A stretch of DNA of 64,000 nucleotides from positions 120,846-184,845 of the forward strand of contig BLSG01000090.1 in assembly GCA_012862495.1 (NCBI GenBank), given 5' to 3'. The notes beneath the pieces are model-generated. The model did not search any database. It was not told the origin of the DNA and saw only the letters and a list, made by a program, of their open reading frames with translations. The position numbers were made by a program, and so were the translations under genes. Of the stretch, positions 24,644-36,736 are shown one piece after another (within the stretch, counting starts at the first letter, position 1; each line of letters begins with the position of its first letter). This DNA is from Thraustochytrium aureum. Its lineage: Eukaryota.

Positions 24644-27600
24644 CTACTCGTGATTGCGTCGGTCATCAAAGTACAGCTCGAAGCGCGGGTTGGAGCTCGC
24701 GCGGCGCTGCTTTGACAAGCTGCTTGGACAGATTATCACCGTCTCGACAGAGTCATCCCGGAGGCGGACGCCGTTGCTGGCAACGGCAGGGTCTGACGGT
24801 ATCACGGCACCGACAGGCTGGTCTCGCTGCGTGCGGCGCCGCCAACGGCGGACGAGGAGCGCAGTAACGAGTAGCAGGGCCACTGCGCTGCCACCCTCCC
24901 AATTGAGACCTTCCCTGCGGGAGACGCAGCTCCTCCTGACGTGTCTCGCTGCTCGCGTTTGCGGGACCGCCCGGCACTAGCTCCAATAGCTTGTTGACTG
25001 GGGATCCTGTGGCGACTGCGACGGTGCGCCAGAGATTGGCGAGGACGTTGGGATTGGCGTCGTGGGGGATGTTGTCGGCAGTTTCGAGGTCGGCGCCCTC
25101 GTTGGCACTACTNNNNNNNNNNNNNNNNNNNNNNNNNNNNNNNNNNNNNNNNNNNNNNNNNNNNNNNNNNNNNNNNNNNNNNNNNNNNNNNNNNNNNNNN
25201 NNNNNNNNNNNNNNNNNNNNNNNNNNNNNNNNNNNNNNNNNNNNNNNNNNNNNNNNNNNNNNNNNNNNNNNNNNNNNNNNNNNNNNNNNNNNNNNNNNNN
25301 NNNNNNNNNNNNNNNNNNNNNNNNNNNNNNNNNNNNNNNNNNNNNNNNNNNNNNNNNNNNNNNNNNNNNNNNNNNNNNNNNNNNNNNNNNNNNNNNNNNN
25401 NNNNNNNNNNNNNNNNNNNNNNNNNNNNNNNNNNNNNNNNNNNNNNNNNNNNNNNNNNNNNNNNNNNNNNNNNNNNNNNNNNNNNNNNNNNNNNNNNNNN
25501 NNNNNNNNNNNNNNNNNNNNNNNNNNNNNNNNNNNNNNNNNNNNNNNNNNNNNNNNNNNNNNNNNNNNNCGCTGTCGGGCTCGCCGTAGTCGGCGACTTG
25601 GTCGGGAAGGACGTCGGGTTTGCCGTAGTCGGCGACTTGGTTGGGAAGAGCGTTGGACTTGGTGTTGTTGGTGACCGAGTAGGTCGTGACGTTGTTGGCG
25701 CACTCGTTGGCCTTGGCGTTGGCAGCGTTGGCGACCCTGTCGGCGCCGACGTGCACGGAAATCCGTCACCAACAGCTGGTAGGCCGCCGCTCGAGCCGAC
25801 GACCGGGTCGCGAATCATACAGATACGTTCAAGACCTCCAGACTCGAACGATACGATTGGCGTCTTCCAAAGACGGCACCGTCGCCCCAAGATTGCCTCG
25901 GCTGCATCAAAATCAATCCCCAAGCAAGCTGGCGCACCCCTACAGAGCTCTGCACACGCGTCGGAGGTTGACGCGCCCGCTGCCGCGAAATCAAAGTTGA
26001 CCCCCTCGCTCCCGTCCTCGTCGGGGTTGTACCCCGCCATGCATCGCGCCGACCCGATGCCTCGAAACCCCTTTGCTCGATAGAGTCGAGAGCACGAGTA
26101 GGCCGTTTGAGACTGTACAGAGCCGATCGTCGAGATCCACATTTCACAGTGATCCCAGTACGGATTCTGCTCAACCCCAGTGCACTCGGGGATTTGCGAG
26201 CACTTTGTCTGGCAGGCATCGAACGGGAGCCTCTCCCTTGGCAGAATGTTCGAGTCGTACGAGGTTCCTTGCACGTTGCGACAGACGCTTCCAGCTGCCC
26301 CGGACCAGGCGGCGCCAACGTTGATGCTGCACGTCGAGCCGGGGCTCGGCCTCGGGTCCTGAAGGGCAGCCCGCCACAGCTTGCAGCGCCGAGTGCACCC
26401 TTCGCTGTTGTACTGCGCTCCAGTGCATCCCGGCGATGCTGCGCATGCCTCATGACATGCGGCCGTATTCTGCACCAGCACCTCGTCATAAGCATTTGCG
26501 TCTGTGCCGCGCACCGGAGAACAGGCAGTGTCGGGCTGCTCGACGAAACTGTGAGCATACCGAACAAAGCACTCTGTGTTGACGCTCTGCGTGTAGCCGA
26601 CTGCGCGAGCAGACCAAAGTTTGCACTCGCCGAGGAGCAAGCGGTACTGGGCCGTTTGGCACCAAGCGTTCGCGCGGCACAAATCCAAGCACTCGGTGTA
26701 CGTGGACGCGTACGCTTGCAGGGCAGGCGCCGGCGCACCAGCTGTGCTATAGTCGATCGTGCACGCCGCTCGAACTCGCTGCGCGAACTCGCTTGCGGGC
26801 ATCTCGGTGGGGCTCATGCTGCCGACTTGGCCGGGGGTGCAACCCGCTGTGAAGGTCTCCGTGCGAACGTCAGAGCCGCGCTCGACGCAGGATTCGCCAC
26901 GCGGGTCGATGAACTTTTGCACCGGGCCAACGCAAGGACCGCCCGTGCCGCGCAAGAATGCATTTGCTAGCGGCATGAGCCGCACGTCCAAGCCGTAGCC
27001 TTGAAAATAGTACGAGTTGGTGTGCGTCGTGGCGTGCACGTACTCGGTGTCACTGAAGATGACCGAGCAGGGGCTGAGGGGTTGGAGCGCGCCGAGCTCG
27101 GTGCGCGTCGCAGCCGCAATGTCCACCAAGTCAGCATTTGTGCCTGCCTGGAAAACGTCGAACTGCGAGTGAATGAGGAAGAAGGGGGTTGCAACCTTCT
27201 GCATGCGGTATTGTCCGAAGAGGTCTTGCCAGGACTGGACCCCGTTGGCGATGCCGTTTGGCGTGCCTTGCACAAAGTTCTCCATAGCCCCCTTTGCTTG
27301 CGCCACAAGGAACGGCGTCACAGTGATATAGTCGGTCATGTCGACATAGTACGGACTGTCCAGATAAAGGCGAAGGTGCTGGAGGCCAAACTGCTCGCGC
27401 ACGCGGTCCCCATTCACCATGGCCCCCCGCGCCCCTGCGCTAAACCCGCCGAAAACGACCGCATCGGTCGGCCGCATGGCACTTGCCCCCAGGACTGCCA
27501 GCATGGGCGACGCCGGGTCCATGGCATGGTGAAGACACGGTCGATGATGCGCGTTCCCTGAAAGTAGCGAACGTGCGCAACCGTAGACTCTGGGAAGGGG

Positions 27601-28022
27601 TTCTCGCGGTCGCCGTGCCAGCCGTCCGACGAGCAGTACTTGACGTACACCGCGTTGTACTTGCCAGCTTCGTTGCCATCGCGTTTTGAGAGCACGCCGT
27701 TCGTGTAGCGCACTGGGTTGAGCTGGACCTCGGTCGTGCTCCGGAGGTGCGGGAGCCGACTCTCGCACGACCTCTGTTCGTAGCACTGGCCACCGCCCTC
27801 GAGCAAGACGATCCACTTGCGCTCAAACCCGGCCTCCGCGGCCTTGAGGTACACGGCCGGCTGCGACCCGTCGTTGCACCTTCCGACAGCGCCGTCGTCA
27901 GGGAGTCTGTACAAGAACATCTCGTCATACGACTCAGCGGCCGTCTGGAGGACCGCCATCGCGAGGGCCACCAGCAGCAGCCTGCATGACTGCAGCGCGT
28001 TGGGCCGGAGTCTCGGCTTCAT
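24644..28022 (-). CDS. Membrane-anchored pectin-acetylesterase/Notum-family esterase with four PAN/Apple modules, Pro/Thr mucin stalk and TM helix (paralog B); frameshift near 27525, disrupted near 24977
   Basis: MKPRLRPNALQSCRLLLVALAMAVLQTAA signal; CNDGS, LEGGGQC, YCSSDGWHG, GFSAG, HSQFD, YVHAT; four PAN modules; PTKSPTT repeats; SAVALLLVTALLVRRWRRR TM with basic stop-transfer. Confidence 0.85.
25030..25750 (-). repeat. Coding tandem repeat for a PTKSPTT/PTSFPT mucin-like stalk (partly in N-gap)
   Basis: Repeated gccgtagtcggcgacttggt on plus; translation PTKSPTTANPTSFPTKSPTTASPT. Confidence 0.85.
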
Positions 28023-28673
28023 CGCCCGCGCCGCGTCCACATCTGGTGTCTGCAGCGCTGCAAAACTCCCAAGGTTCGAGCAGAGCACGTGCCTGCTGGC
28101 ATGGCNNNNNNNNNNNNNNNNNNNNNNNNNNNNNNNNNNNNNNNNNNNNNNNNNNNNNNNNNNNNNNNNNNNNNNNNNNNNNNNNNNNNNNNNNNNNNNN
28201 NNNNNNNNNNNNNNNNNNNNNNNNNNNNNNNNNNNNNNNNNNNNNNNNNNNNNNNNNNNNNNNNNNNNNNNNNNNNNNNNNNNNNNNNNNNNNNNNNNNN
28301 NNNNNNNNNNNNNNNNNNNNNNNNNNNNNNNNNNNNNNNNNNNNNNNNNNNNNNNNNNNNNNNNNNNNNNNNNNNNNNNNNNNNNNNNNNNNNNNNNNNN
28401 NNNNNNNNNNNNNNNNNNNNNNNNNNNNNNNNNNNNNNNNNNNNNNNNNNNNNNNNNNNNNNNNNNNNNNNNNNNNNNNNNNNNNNNNNNNNNNNNNNNN
28501 NNNNNNNNNNNNNNNNNNNNNNNNNNNNNNNNNNNNNNNNNNNNNNNNNNNNNNNNNNNNNNNNNNNNNNNNNNNNNNNNNNNNNNNNNNNNNNNNNNNN
28601 NNNNNNNNNNNNNNNNNNNNNNNNNNNNNNNTGTAGTTGCACGGTTGCGCGGCGCTGCCGGAGGACGGCGGGG

Positions 28674-31654
28674 ATGGCCCTCTTCGCGGTGCGCGAGGCC
28701 TGGAGCAGCCGCGCGGACGGAGGGGGCGTGCTAGAGTATGACGCCCGAGCGGTCTGCGCGGGCAGACTGACAAATTCCAAGGACGGCAACACGCGCGTGG
28801 CCACAGGAAGCCTGTGCGGGCTGCTGCGCGTGTACCTGCCGCGGCAGCGGCCCTTTGAGGTGGACGATCTGCTGCTGGAGGCGCAGCTTGACGCGCCAAT
28901 CCTTCAGCTCGAGTGCGGCCGGTTCACGAGCCAAGCACAAGGGTTCGTGTCGCTGGCCGTCTTGCACCCCGCTCGCTTGACGTGTTCAACTTGGTAGAGC
29001 AAGAAGCCGGGTTTTTGTCGTTGGAAAAGCTATACAGCCACACCCTGGGAGACGGCGGGGAGCACTTTTCAGCTGCCAACATGGTCTTCGGGCCCTTTGG
29101 CGGGGTGCGCGGCAAAGACTTTATTGCAGTGCAGTCGCTGGATGGGCAGCTCCACGTATTCGAGCAAGAGAGCTTTGCCTTCATCCGCCAACTTAACCAC
29201 GTGCTCCTTCCCGGACCGATAGAGTACATCCGCAAGCTCGACAGCTTCCTGGTGTGCAATTCGCAGTTCCAAGTCGACTGCTACAAATACCACATGCTAG
29301 CCTCCTCTACGTCCCGCGTGGGCCATGGCGGCGGTGCAAAGGCGGGCGAGGCTGCGCTCGTGCAGACCGACTGGACGTTCACGGTGGGCGAGCAAGTTCT
29401 CGAGGTCATGGCGTGCCGCTTGTCCAAAGGCCTTGCCGCCTCTCAAGTCGACATTCTTGTCCTCTCGGACCGCTCCATCTACTGCCTGAGCGAGCGCGGC
29501 GTGGTGCGCCACCATGTCAAGCTGGACGTCGGCTGCAATCCTCTCTGCTGCACTACCTTGCCGATCCTCGACGCTTCAGGCAACGACGAGGCCCCCTCCG
29601 AGGCCCTTACCTCGATTCGCAACCTCGCTTTTGTTTCAGAGACCGGCCAGCTTTCCATTATGCGGGAGTTTCGCCTCGTGTGGAGCGCTGCAGTACGGCG
29701 ACACGTCCCGGTTGCTCTACGTGTCGGCCGCGTCGACGGGGTTGACGGGATGCTTATCACCCTTTCCGATGACGGCGTCCTCGCGGCGTCGTACCTTGGC
29801 ACCGAGGCGGCCGCCAGCGGCGTACTTGCGCCCCTTGCGGGCCGGCGACCAAAGCAGCGGCGCGCGCACCCGGCGGCCTCAAAACAAAAGGAAAACGAGA
29901 GCAAGGGCGGCAACGAAGACCGAGACGCGCGAGGCGGCGACGCGGAGCAAGCCGCTCGCCGTTTACGCGAAGCAGACGACATGGAATACGAGGAGCTGGA
30001 TCGTGAGCACGCCCGTCTACTTGACAAGATCCGCAATTTGCATCGCGACATGGCCAGCAGCGACTCTGGCGTGCCCAGCACTGCAGCAGACGGGACTTCC
30101 AGCGGACCCCTTTTGGTTCGCGTCCAAGTCCCCGCGACCCTGGACGAACTCAGCATGCAGGACTCCATGCTGGCGAAAAGCGAGGATCCCGAAAGGGAGT
30201 ACGGCTACCGCGGCGACGACATGGTGGTTCAGCTCACCGTCAAAGTATTTGTGAGCTACAAAGGGTCCGGGTCGGCCAAAGCCGTCCAGGTCAGCGTGGC
30301 TCTCCCGGAGCCCTTCGTGTGCGCCGAGAACAGCATCGTCATTCCCGAGCTAGCCAGCAGTGGTCCCGACGGGCGCACACTGACTCCGGTGATTCTGCAC
30401 GTTCCGATTCGGGTGAAGCGGGCGGTGCTGCCAAGCTCGCTCAAGGCCCAAGTGGTGTNNNNNNNNNNNNNNNNNNNNNNNNNNNNNNNNNNNNNNNNNN
30501 NNNNNNNNNNNNNNNNNNNNNNNNNNNNNNNNNNNNNNNNNNNNNNNNNNNNNNNNNNNNNNNNNNNNNNNNNNNNNNNNNNNNNNNNNNNNNNNNNNNN
30601 NNNNNNNNNNNNNNNNNNNNNNNNNNNNNNNNNNNNNNNNNNNNNNNNNNNNNNNNNNNNNNNNNNNNNNNNNNNNNNNNNNNNNNNNNNNNNNNNNNNN
30701 NNNNNNNNNNNNNNNNNNNNNNNNNNNNNNNNNNNNNNNNNNNNNNNGGTCTAGCGCCCGACCTCGCGCAGAGCGTGTCTGGGTCGGGCTCCAACGTGGT
30801 GAGCTTCGAGTTCTTTACGGGCGCCAACGTTACGGTGCTCGCAAGCAAATCCGGTGGCCGGTACCGCGTCCAGGGTGGAGCGATGGCGCACTTGTGGCTG
30901 CTGGCAGACGAGCTGCAGCATCGCCTCGAGGCAAAGTTTGCTCGCGAGGGCAGCGGCCGCTTCTCGTTCTCGGACGCACTACCGTTGCCGGGCCTCTTCG
31001 CCGCGATCGATAGCCATCATGCCAGCCGCCTAGCCCAGGCGCGCGCCGCCTCGGCGCTCAACGACCGCGCCCACCAGTACCGCCTTGTGCAACGGCGGCT
31101 GCTCTCTAGGTTCAAGGACAAAGAACGCAGCCCCGCTGCGCGGTCTCGACGCTCTCCTCGACGTGACGCACCGCCAGATCATTGGAGTCGCAGACACCCT
31201 CGCAGCAGAAAAGCGGCGAGTTGTTGAGCTGGGCCACGAACTCGCCGCCTGCGTGCGCTTGGTCTCAAGACTGTGCCAGCTCAAGTTTGAGGCGCTTTCG
31301 CACCGCGACTTTGAGACCTTGGAAGGCCACCTTAGCCCTCTTGTCGTCGAGATCGACGGGTCGGAGATGGGCTGGGAGGAGGTCACGGACCTTGCCGTGA
31401 CGCACTTGTTGCGGACAACGCTGGCCAAGGACCCCAAGGCGATTGCGCCAGCTGTGGGGGCGCCCGCGGCACGGGCCGAGCTCAGCGCGGACGCCTCCAA
31501 GCTGAAAAAGCACATTTCAATCCTCTTTGACCGGATTGCAAAGGGCGGCCACCCGAGCGTGGCCTCGGCGATGGCGCCGGGGGCCGCACTGAGTAGCTGG
31601 ACCGATGAGGAGGCCAAGCAGGGCCGAGATGACGCGGGGGAAAGTTCGCCGTGA
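28674..31654 (+). CDS. BBS9: BBSome core subunit BBS9/PTHB1; frameshifts near 28982 and 31122, gap 30459-30747
   Basis: MALFAVREAWS...TGSLCGLLRVY...DLLLEAQLDAPILQLECGRF; GPFGGVRGKDFIAVQSLDG; LLPGPIEY; SYLGTE; LASKSGGRYRVQ; QYRLVQRRLLSRFKDK; GWEE. Confidence 0.93.
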
Positions 31655-31773
31655 CCTGCTCCTCGAAACAAGCGCCGCGCGCAAGCGCCAGCGACCCGCG
31701 GTGTGGGAGGTCGGCAAAGCTGGTTGGGAACGCGCAGTCCGAGCAACTATGTTTCACTTTTGCAAAGTACTTA

Positions 31774-32931
31774 CTACTTGACCAAATCACTTGAGGCGGA
31801 CTCGGCAAGCTCCAACCCGTCGCCGCTGCTCGACGTTAGCTCGCGCCTGCCTCTGCGAAAGTCCGTAAACGTCTGGTCCAACCGCGCAGCAAGGGTCTCA
31901 AACTCGGCCGCCTCGATCCCGATCGCGCACGCCAGCGTGACATAGGCGCACGGATAGGCGCTCGAGCTGGCTCCGTAGTTTTCAAAGGCGATCCCCGCAA
32001 CCTTCTTGGGCATCCCGGGCGCCACCACACGAGCACCCGAAACGCCCCGAGTGAACAGCATCGAGCCGAACTTTGTCGCCTGCTCTGGCGCGTCGACCAC
32101 GTCTGACAGGGTAACGGCGAAGGAGATCGTGTTAGCGCGCCAGGTGACCAGCAGACGCTCGCCGTGCTTGGCTGCCACGCGGGTGAGCGCCTCCCGGAAT
32201 GGACCGATCAGGTCGATCCGCTGCCGCCTCAAGTTCGCATAACCCTGTGCACCAAACGTCATAAGCGTCAAGAACACGTCCAGGATTGGTGCCATCGAGG
32301 CGCGCCCAGGATACGTCTGGCTCAGCTCGCCTTCGACCCACTCGCGGTTCGGGCCAGTAATAATCGCACCACCAACGGGTACGAGCAGGTTCTTGTCTGT
32401 CGACTGGACGATGGCATCCACGCGGCCAGACCGGCAGGCCTGGTTGACGCTGTGGCAGCACTTTGAGCACTGGAGCCCGTACGCGTTGTTGATGACATGC
32501 GCAATGCCGGCATCGCGGCACAACGCTGCGATGCCCTCCACGTCGTCTGGGACCCGTGGAGCAAAGCAGCTTGTCGTTGAAAGGACGCCGAGGACGTTTT
32601 CCGCGCCGAGGCGCTCAAGCGCGGCTTGCAATGCATCCAGGTCCGTCTTCACCTGGTCGCCTTCGATCTTACCCTCAACAACGACAGGCTCAAACCCGGC
32701 CGTTCGAATGGCTTTCAGGCAGGTCTTTTGGTCGATTCGCGGCCACAGCACGTACCGCAGATTGGACCCGGGCCGCTGCGCTTGTTCAGAGTGCCGAAGG
32801 CACTGGAGGACGAGGCTGAGGCTCATTCCTGTCGCCATGGGTACCACCAAGACGCCGTGGACGTGCGTCATGCCGAGCACTCGCCGCACGAGGTCGCGCA
32901 CCAACTCTACAGTCAGCTTGTACAACAGGGA
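31774..32931 (-). CDS. SEPSECS: O-phosphoseryl-tRNA(Sec) selenium transferase (5' end in N-gap)
   Basis: VPMATGMSL, WPRIDQKTC, STTSCFAPRVPD, HVINNAYGLQ, QSTDKNLLVPVGG (PLP lysine), YPGRAS, GSMLFTRGVSGARV. Confidence 0.95.
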   Translation of the reverse strand, partial: SLLYKLTVELVRDLVRRVLGMTHVHGVLVVPMATGMSLSLVLQCLRHSEQAQRPGSNLRYVLWPRIDQKTCLKAIRTAGFEPVVVEGKIEGDQVKTDLDALQAALERLGAENVLGVLSTTSCFAPRVPDDVEGIAALCRDAGIAHVINNAYGLQCSKCCHSVNQACRSGRVDAIVQSTDKNLLVPVGGAIITGPNREWVEGELSQTYPGRASMAPILDVFLTLMTFGAQGYANLRRQRIDLIGPFREALTRVAAKHGERLLVTWRANTISFAVTLSDVVDAPEQATKFGSMLFTRGVSGARVVAPGMPKKVAGIAFENYGASSSAYPCAYVTLACAIGIEAAEFETLAARLDQTFTDFRRGRRELTSSSGDGLELAESASSDLVK

Positions 32932-33495
32932 NNNNNNNNNNNNNNNNNNNNNNNNNNNNNNNNNNNNNNNNNNNNNNNNNNNNNNNNNNNNNNNNNNNNN
33001 NNNNNNNNNNNNNNNNNNNNNNNNNNNNNNNNNNNNNNNNNNNNNNNNNNNNNNNNNNNNNNNNNNNNNNNNNNNNNNNNNNNNNNNNNNNNNNNNNNNN
33101 NNNNNNNNNNNNNNNNNNNNNNNNNNNNNNNNNNNNNNNNNNNNNNNNNNNNNNNNNNNNNNNNNNNNNNNNNNNNNNNNNNNNNNNNNNNNNNNNNNNN
33201 NNNNNNNNNNNNNNNNNNNNNNNNNNNNNNNNNNNNNNNNNNNNNNCGCTCGCTCGCTCGCACGCCGCAGCCCCCGCGGGACGCGATGGAGGGGCACACG
33301 ATGGGCGGATGAACAACGGGGGGGATGGATGGATGGCGGTCTGGCGGACGGCACGGCGAGCTGCTGCGCGATGGGCTGCGGCGGACGCGCACGGCGCGCG
33401 GGGCCAAGGCGGGCGGCGGAGAGGGAGGAGGGACGGCTCGGTACAGGCCGCGGTCGGTTGGGTTTTTAAATTCACGGGGCAGCGGCGAGGGCGCG

Positions 33496-36455
33496 TCACT
33501 TTTCGAGCGCGGAGATTTGCTTCTTGGCTCGGCCGAGCTCGGTGCTGTGCACCTGGCCGGCGAAGCGCAGAGAGCAGAGCGACTCGCCGCGGTCGCTGAG
33601 CTCGGGCGAGAGGTTGACGATCATCATCGTCTTGCCTTCCCCCGCAAAGCAGGGCTGAAGCATGTGCGTCAGCTTCGAGTTGCGGTACGGCACGTGCGAG
33701 GTCTTCTTGTGGAGCGCGGAGAACACGTTGGAGAGCGAGCTGAGCGACTTGTTGATCGCCTGCGCCTCCTTGAGCCGGTCGCCCTCCGCGCCGGAGCGCG
33801 AGATCCGCTCACTGCCCGCCAGGTCGCACATCGAGAGGCTTCCCACGACCTGCGCTGAAAATTCACGGTGGACGCCTTTGATGAAGAGCGTGAAGACCGA
33901 GTGGCTGCGCGAGGAGTGCGCATTGAGGTCGGTGGCGGCCACTGACCGGTTGCGCTCTGCCAGGTCCAGCACGCGGTGAATGTCAGCTTTCGTTTCGATG
34001 GGGAGCCTCTTGGCGTTGGTGACAATGATCTCCTTTTTAGAGTCGCGGATCTCGAGCTTGGACCCGGCGCCGGACGCGCCCTGCAGCAGGTCGCGGATGG
34101 ACTCGTTGTAGATCTCCAGGTACTGGGCCTCGAGCGAATATTCCCAGCCCTTGGAGCGAAGCTCGGTTTGGTAGCTCATGATCTGGTCGATGGACCGCGG
34201 GATGATGCCGCGCTGGACGGGGCAGCTGTGGTCGCCTGTCATCGTGTGCGTCTTGCCGCTCCCCGTTTGCCCATAGCTGAACAGGCAGACATTGTATCCG
34301 TCGAGCGCGCTCTGCACAAAGCTGCTCACCTCGTCAAAGACGTCCTCCTGCTGTGTGGCCGGCCCGAAGACGCGGTCGAAGGCAAACTCGTGCTTCTTCA
34401 ACGTAGTGCCGCTCGTCTGCTCCTGCTCCGTCTCGACCGCGAGCGCAGACCCGTCAACGGTGCACGAAATGTGCTCCGGCAGCGCAGTGGTCATCTTGAT
34501 GTCGCCCTCTGCGTCCTTGCCTCGGGCAGAGAAGATCGGCCGCACACGGGCCACGACGCGCACCTTGCCCTTTAGCGCCTGCACTTCGTTGTGCAGTCGC
34601 CGCTTGGCTTTGTCGGATTCGAACAGCAGCGACTCTGTGTCCTTGAGCTGCGCGCGGAGCTTGGCCACCTCATCGTGCAGGTGGTCCAGGTCGGTGACCT
34701 GGCGCTTGAGCTTCTCGGCCTCCTTTGAGACCTCGCAGAGCCGCTCAAGCTGCGCGTCGTAGCTGATCCCCCCCTGGCCGTACGTGGACCTGAGCGCCTG
34801 AACCTCGCTCTCGAGGTCGCTGTTGCGCTGCTCGAGCGTGTTCGCCCGCTCGTTGGCGGTGGCGAGCTCGGCACAGAGTTTCTCCTTCTCGGCAGAGTGG
34901 GCTTTGCGCTCTTGCTCGAGCTCGGAGGTCATCCTGCCCACTTGGACCGTGAGGGCGGCGTTCTCTCGGGCGGCTCGCTCAATGTTCTGCTCCATGCCTG
35001 CCGAGTTGGCTCGGAGGTGGCAAGCTCGTCCTGCGCCTTGGTCATGCTTTCGGACTGCTCGCGCAGTGTTGCGGTGAGGGCTGCGTTGGCTTCGGTGGCC
35101 TCCTTGAGCGACCCGGAGAGCTCGGTCTTTTGGACCTCGAGTGTGCCTTTTGCGTCAGTCAGTTCGTTCACGCGAACCTCGAGCTTGGCCTTTTCCTCAC
35201 TCAGCGAGGCGATTCGCTCCTGGGAAAAGGTCTGGTTTTGCTGGAACGTCTCGAGGGTCTTGTCCAGGTGGAGGTCCTTCTGCTGCGCCTGCGCTTGCAA
35301 GGCAACGACTTGGCCCTGCATCGCCGCCTGCGCCTCGCGCAAGCGCTGCGCCTCGCTTTCTGCAGCTTGCGCGCGAGCCTCCGAGGTTCGTAGGTCTTCG
35401 CCCATGGCGGCGAGCTTGGCGGACACCTCGTCCAATTTGGCCTGCCCCTGTGCGAGTGCCGAAGCGGCGGCCTCGCGCTCGACACTCCATTTGGCGCACT
35501 CGGCGTCAAAAAGAGTCTGCTGCTCATCAAGCGCGGCCTTTTGCGCCTGGGCCGCCCCGTCTGCAGTGGCTGCGGCCTCGTCCAGCTTGAGTTGCATCCT
35601 GGCGAGCTCATCCTCAAGCTTGGCCGCCTTGGCCTGCTCCTCGGCGACCCTGGCCTCCGCCGCTGCCAGCTGGCCGCGCACCTCGTTCATGGCGGCGTCG
35701 AGGCCTTCGCGCACAGCCACGAGCTCGGCATACTTGGTCTGCTGCGCCTTTGCTTCTGCCTGGAGCTCGGCCAGCTTGCCTTTGGTGGTCGACTCGAGCT
35801 TGCGCGCGTCTGCGAGGTCTTGCTCTGCGGCTGCGAGCTTGCGACGGTGGTCCTTGGCAGTGCCGTCCAGCTGTTCGACCTTGTACTTGGCGGCTTCGAG
35901 GGCCGACCGCGCCGCGCGCTCAAAGTCCTTGCACGCGTCAATAAACTTGTCGCGCGCGTTGAAGTGCTCCTTGATCCCGGTGGCCAGCCGCTTCGTTTCG
36001 TTGTCGACGTACTTTTTGGGGTACCCGAAAAGCTTTTGGTCGGGCTTGGTGCGCTTGAGGAGCTCTGCTTTCTGTGATTCGCGCAACTCCAGGGCGCCGA
36101 AAATAGTGCAGGCGATCTCTTCGATGGGCACTGTGGGGATGCTTACGGTCAGGAGTTCCTCCTCGGCCTCGGCCTCGGCCTCGCCGGCAGCCGCATCGGC
36201 GCGCCCGCCGCGTCCCGAGCCCCGGCTACGGCCGCTCTTTCGCGCAGAGCTGCTCACGGACGCGCCTTTGAACGAGCTGTTCTTGGCCCAGCCCGGCGGC
36301 TGCAGCCCACTCGGTGCGCGATTGGCGTTATTGCTCTCGCCGAGCACCTTGCGCGCATTCTTGCTGCCCGACTCTGCTGCGTGCTCGTCGCTTTTGCGCT
36401 TGCGCGTCGCGCTTGGCGACACGAGGTTTTCGCGCTCGTCCTCCACAGCGTCCAT
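33496..36455 (-). CDS. Kinesin-14 (C-terminal motor; KAR3/NCD/KIFC1-like) with long coiled-coil stalk; frameshift near 35013
   Basis: Neck RRLHNEVQALKGKVRVVARVRP; FAFDRVF; P-loop YGQTGSGKT; NAHSSRSH; DLAGSER; HVPYRNSKLT; coiled coil in ORF 34929-36518. Confidence 0.93.
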
Positions 36456-36710
36456 TTCACCACCGACCGCCGCCGACCCAGCCCGACCCAGCCAGCCAAC
36501 CAGCCAGCACGCAAGCACGCCCGTGCAGCAGGGGCGCCGAGACGCTCAAATGGGTGCAGCTCCGCGCTCAGCCGCGCTTCCTTCGAATGGCGATCGACCT
36601 CGCCGCGTCCGAGCAACTTTCGGGGCTCTGCTCTTCCCAAATGGGGCTAAAGCAATTGCGGCGGTTTTTCTGTCTTCAGGCCAACTGTGAACTGGAGATG
36701 AATTGGACGA

Positions 36711-36736
36711 CGATGATGATGATGATGATGATGATC
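36711..36736. repeat. (GAT)n microsatellite
   Basis: gatgatgat run upstream of the kinesin gene. Confidence 0.85.

Noticed and set aside
34897..36690. 597-aa plus-strand ORF and similar long antisense ORFs
   Set aside because: Shadow ORFs opposite real genes in GC-rich DNA, with no domain signal
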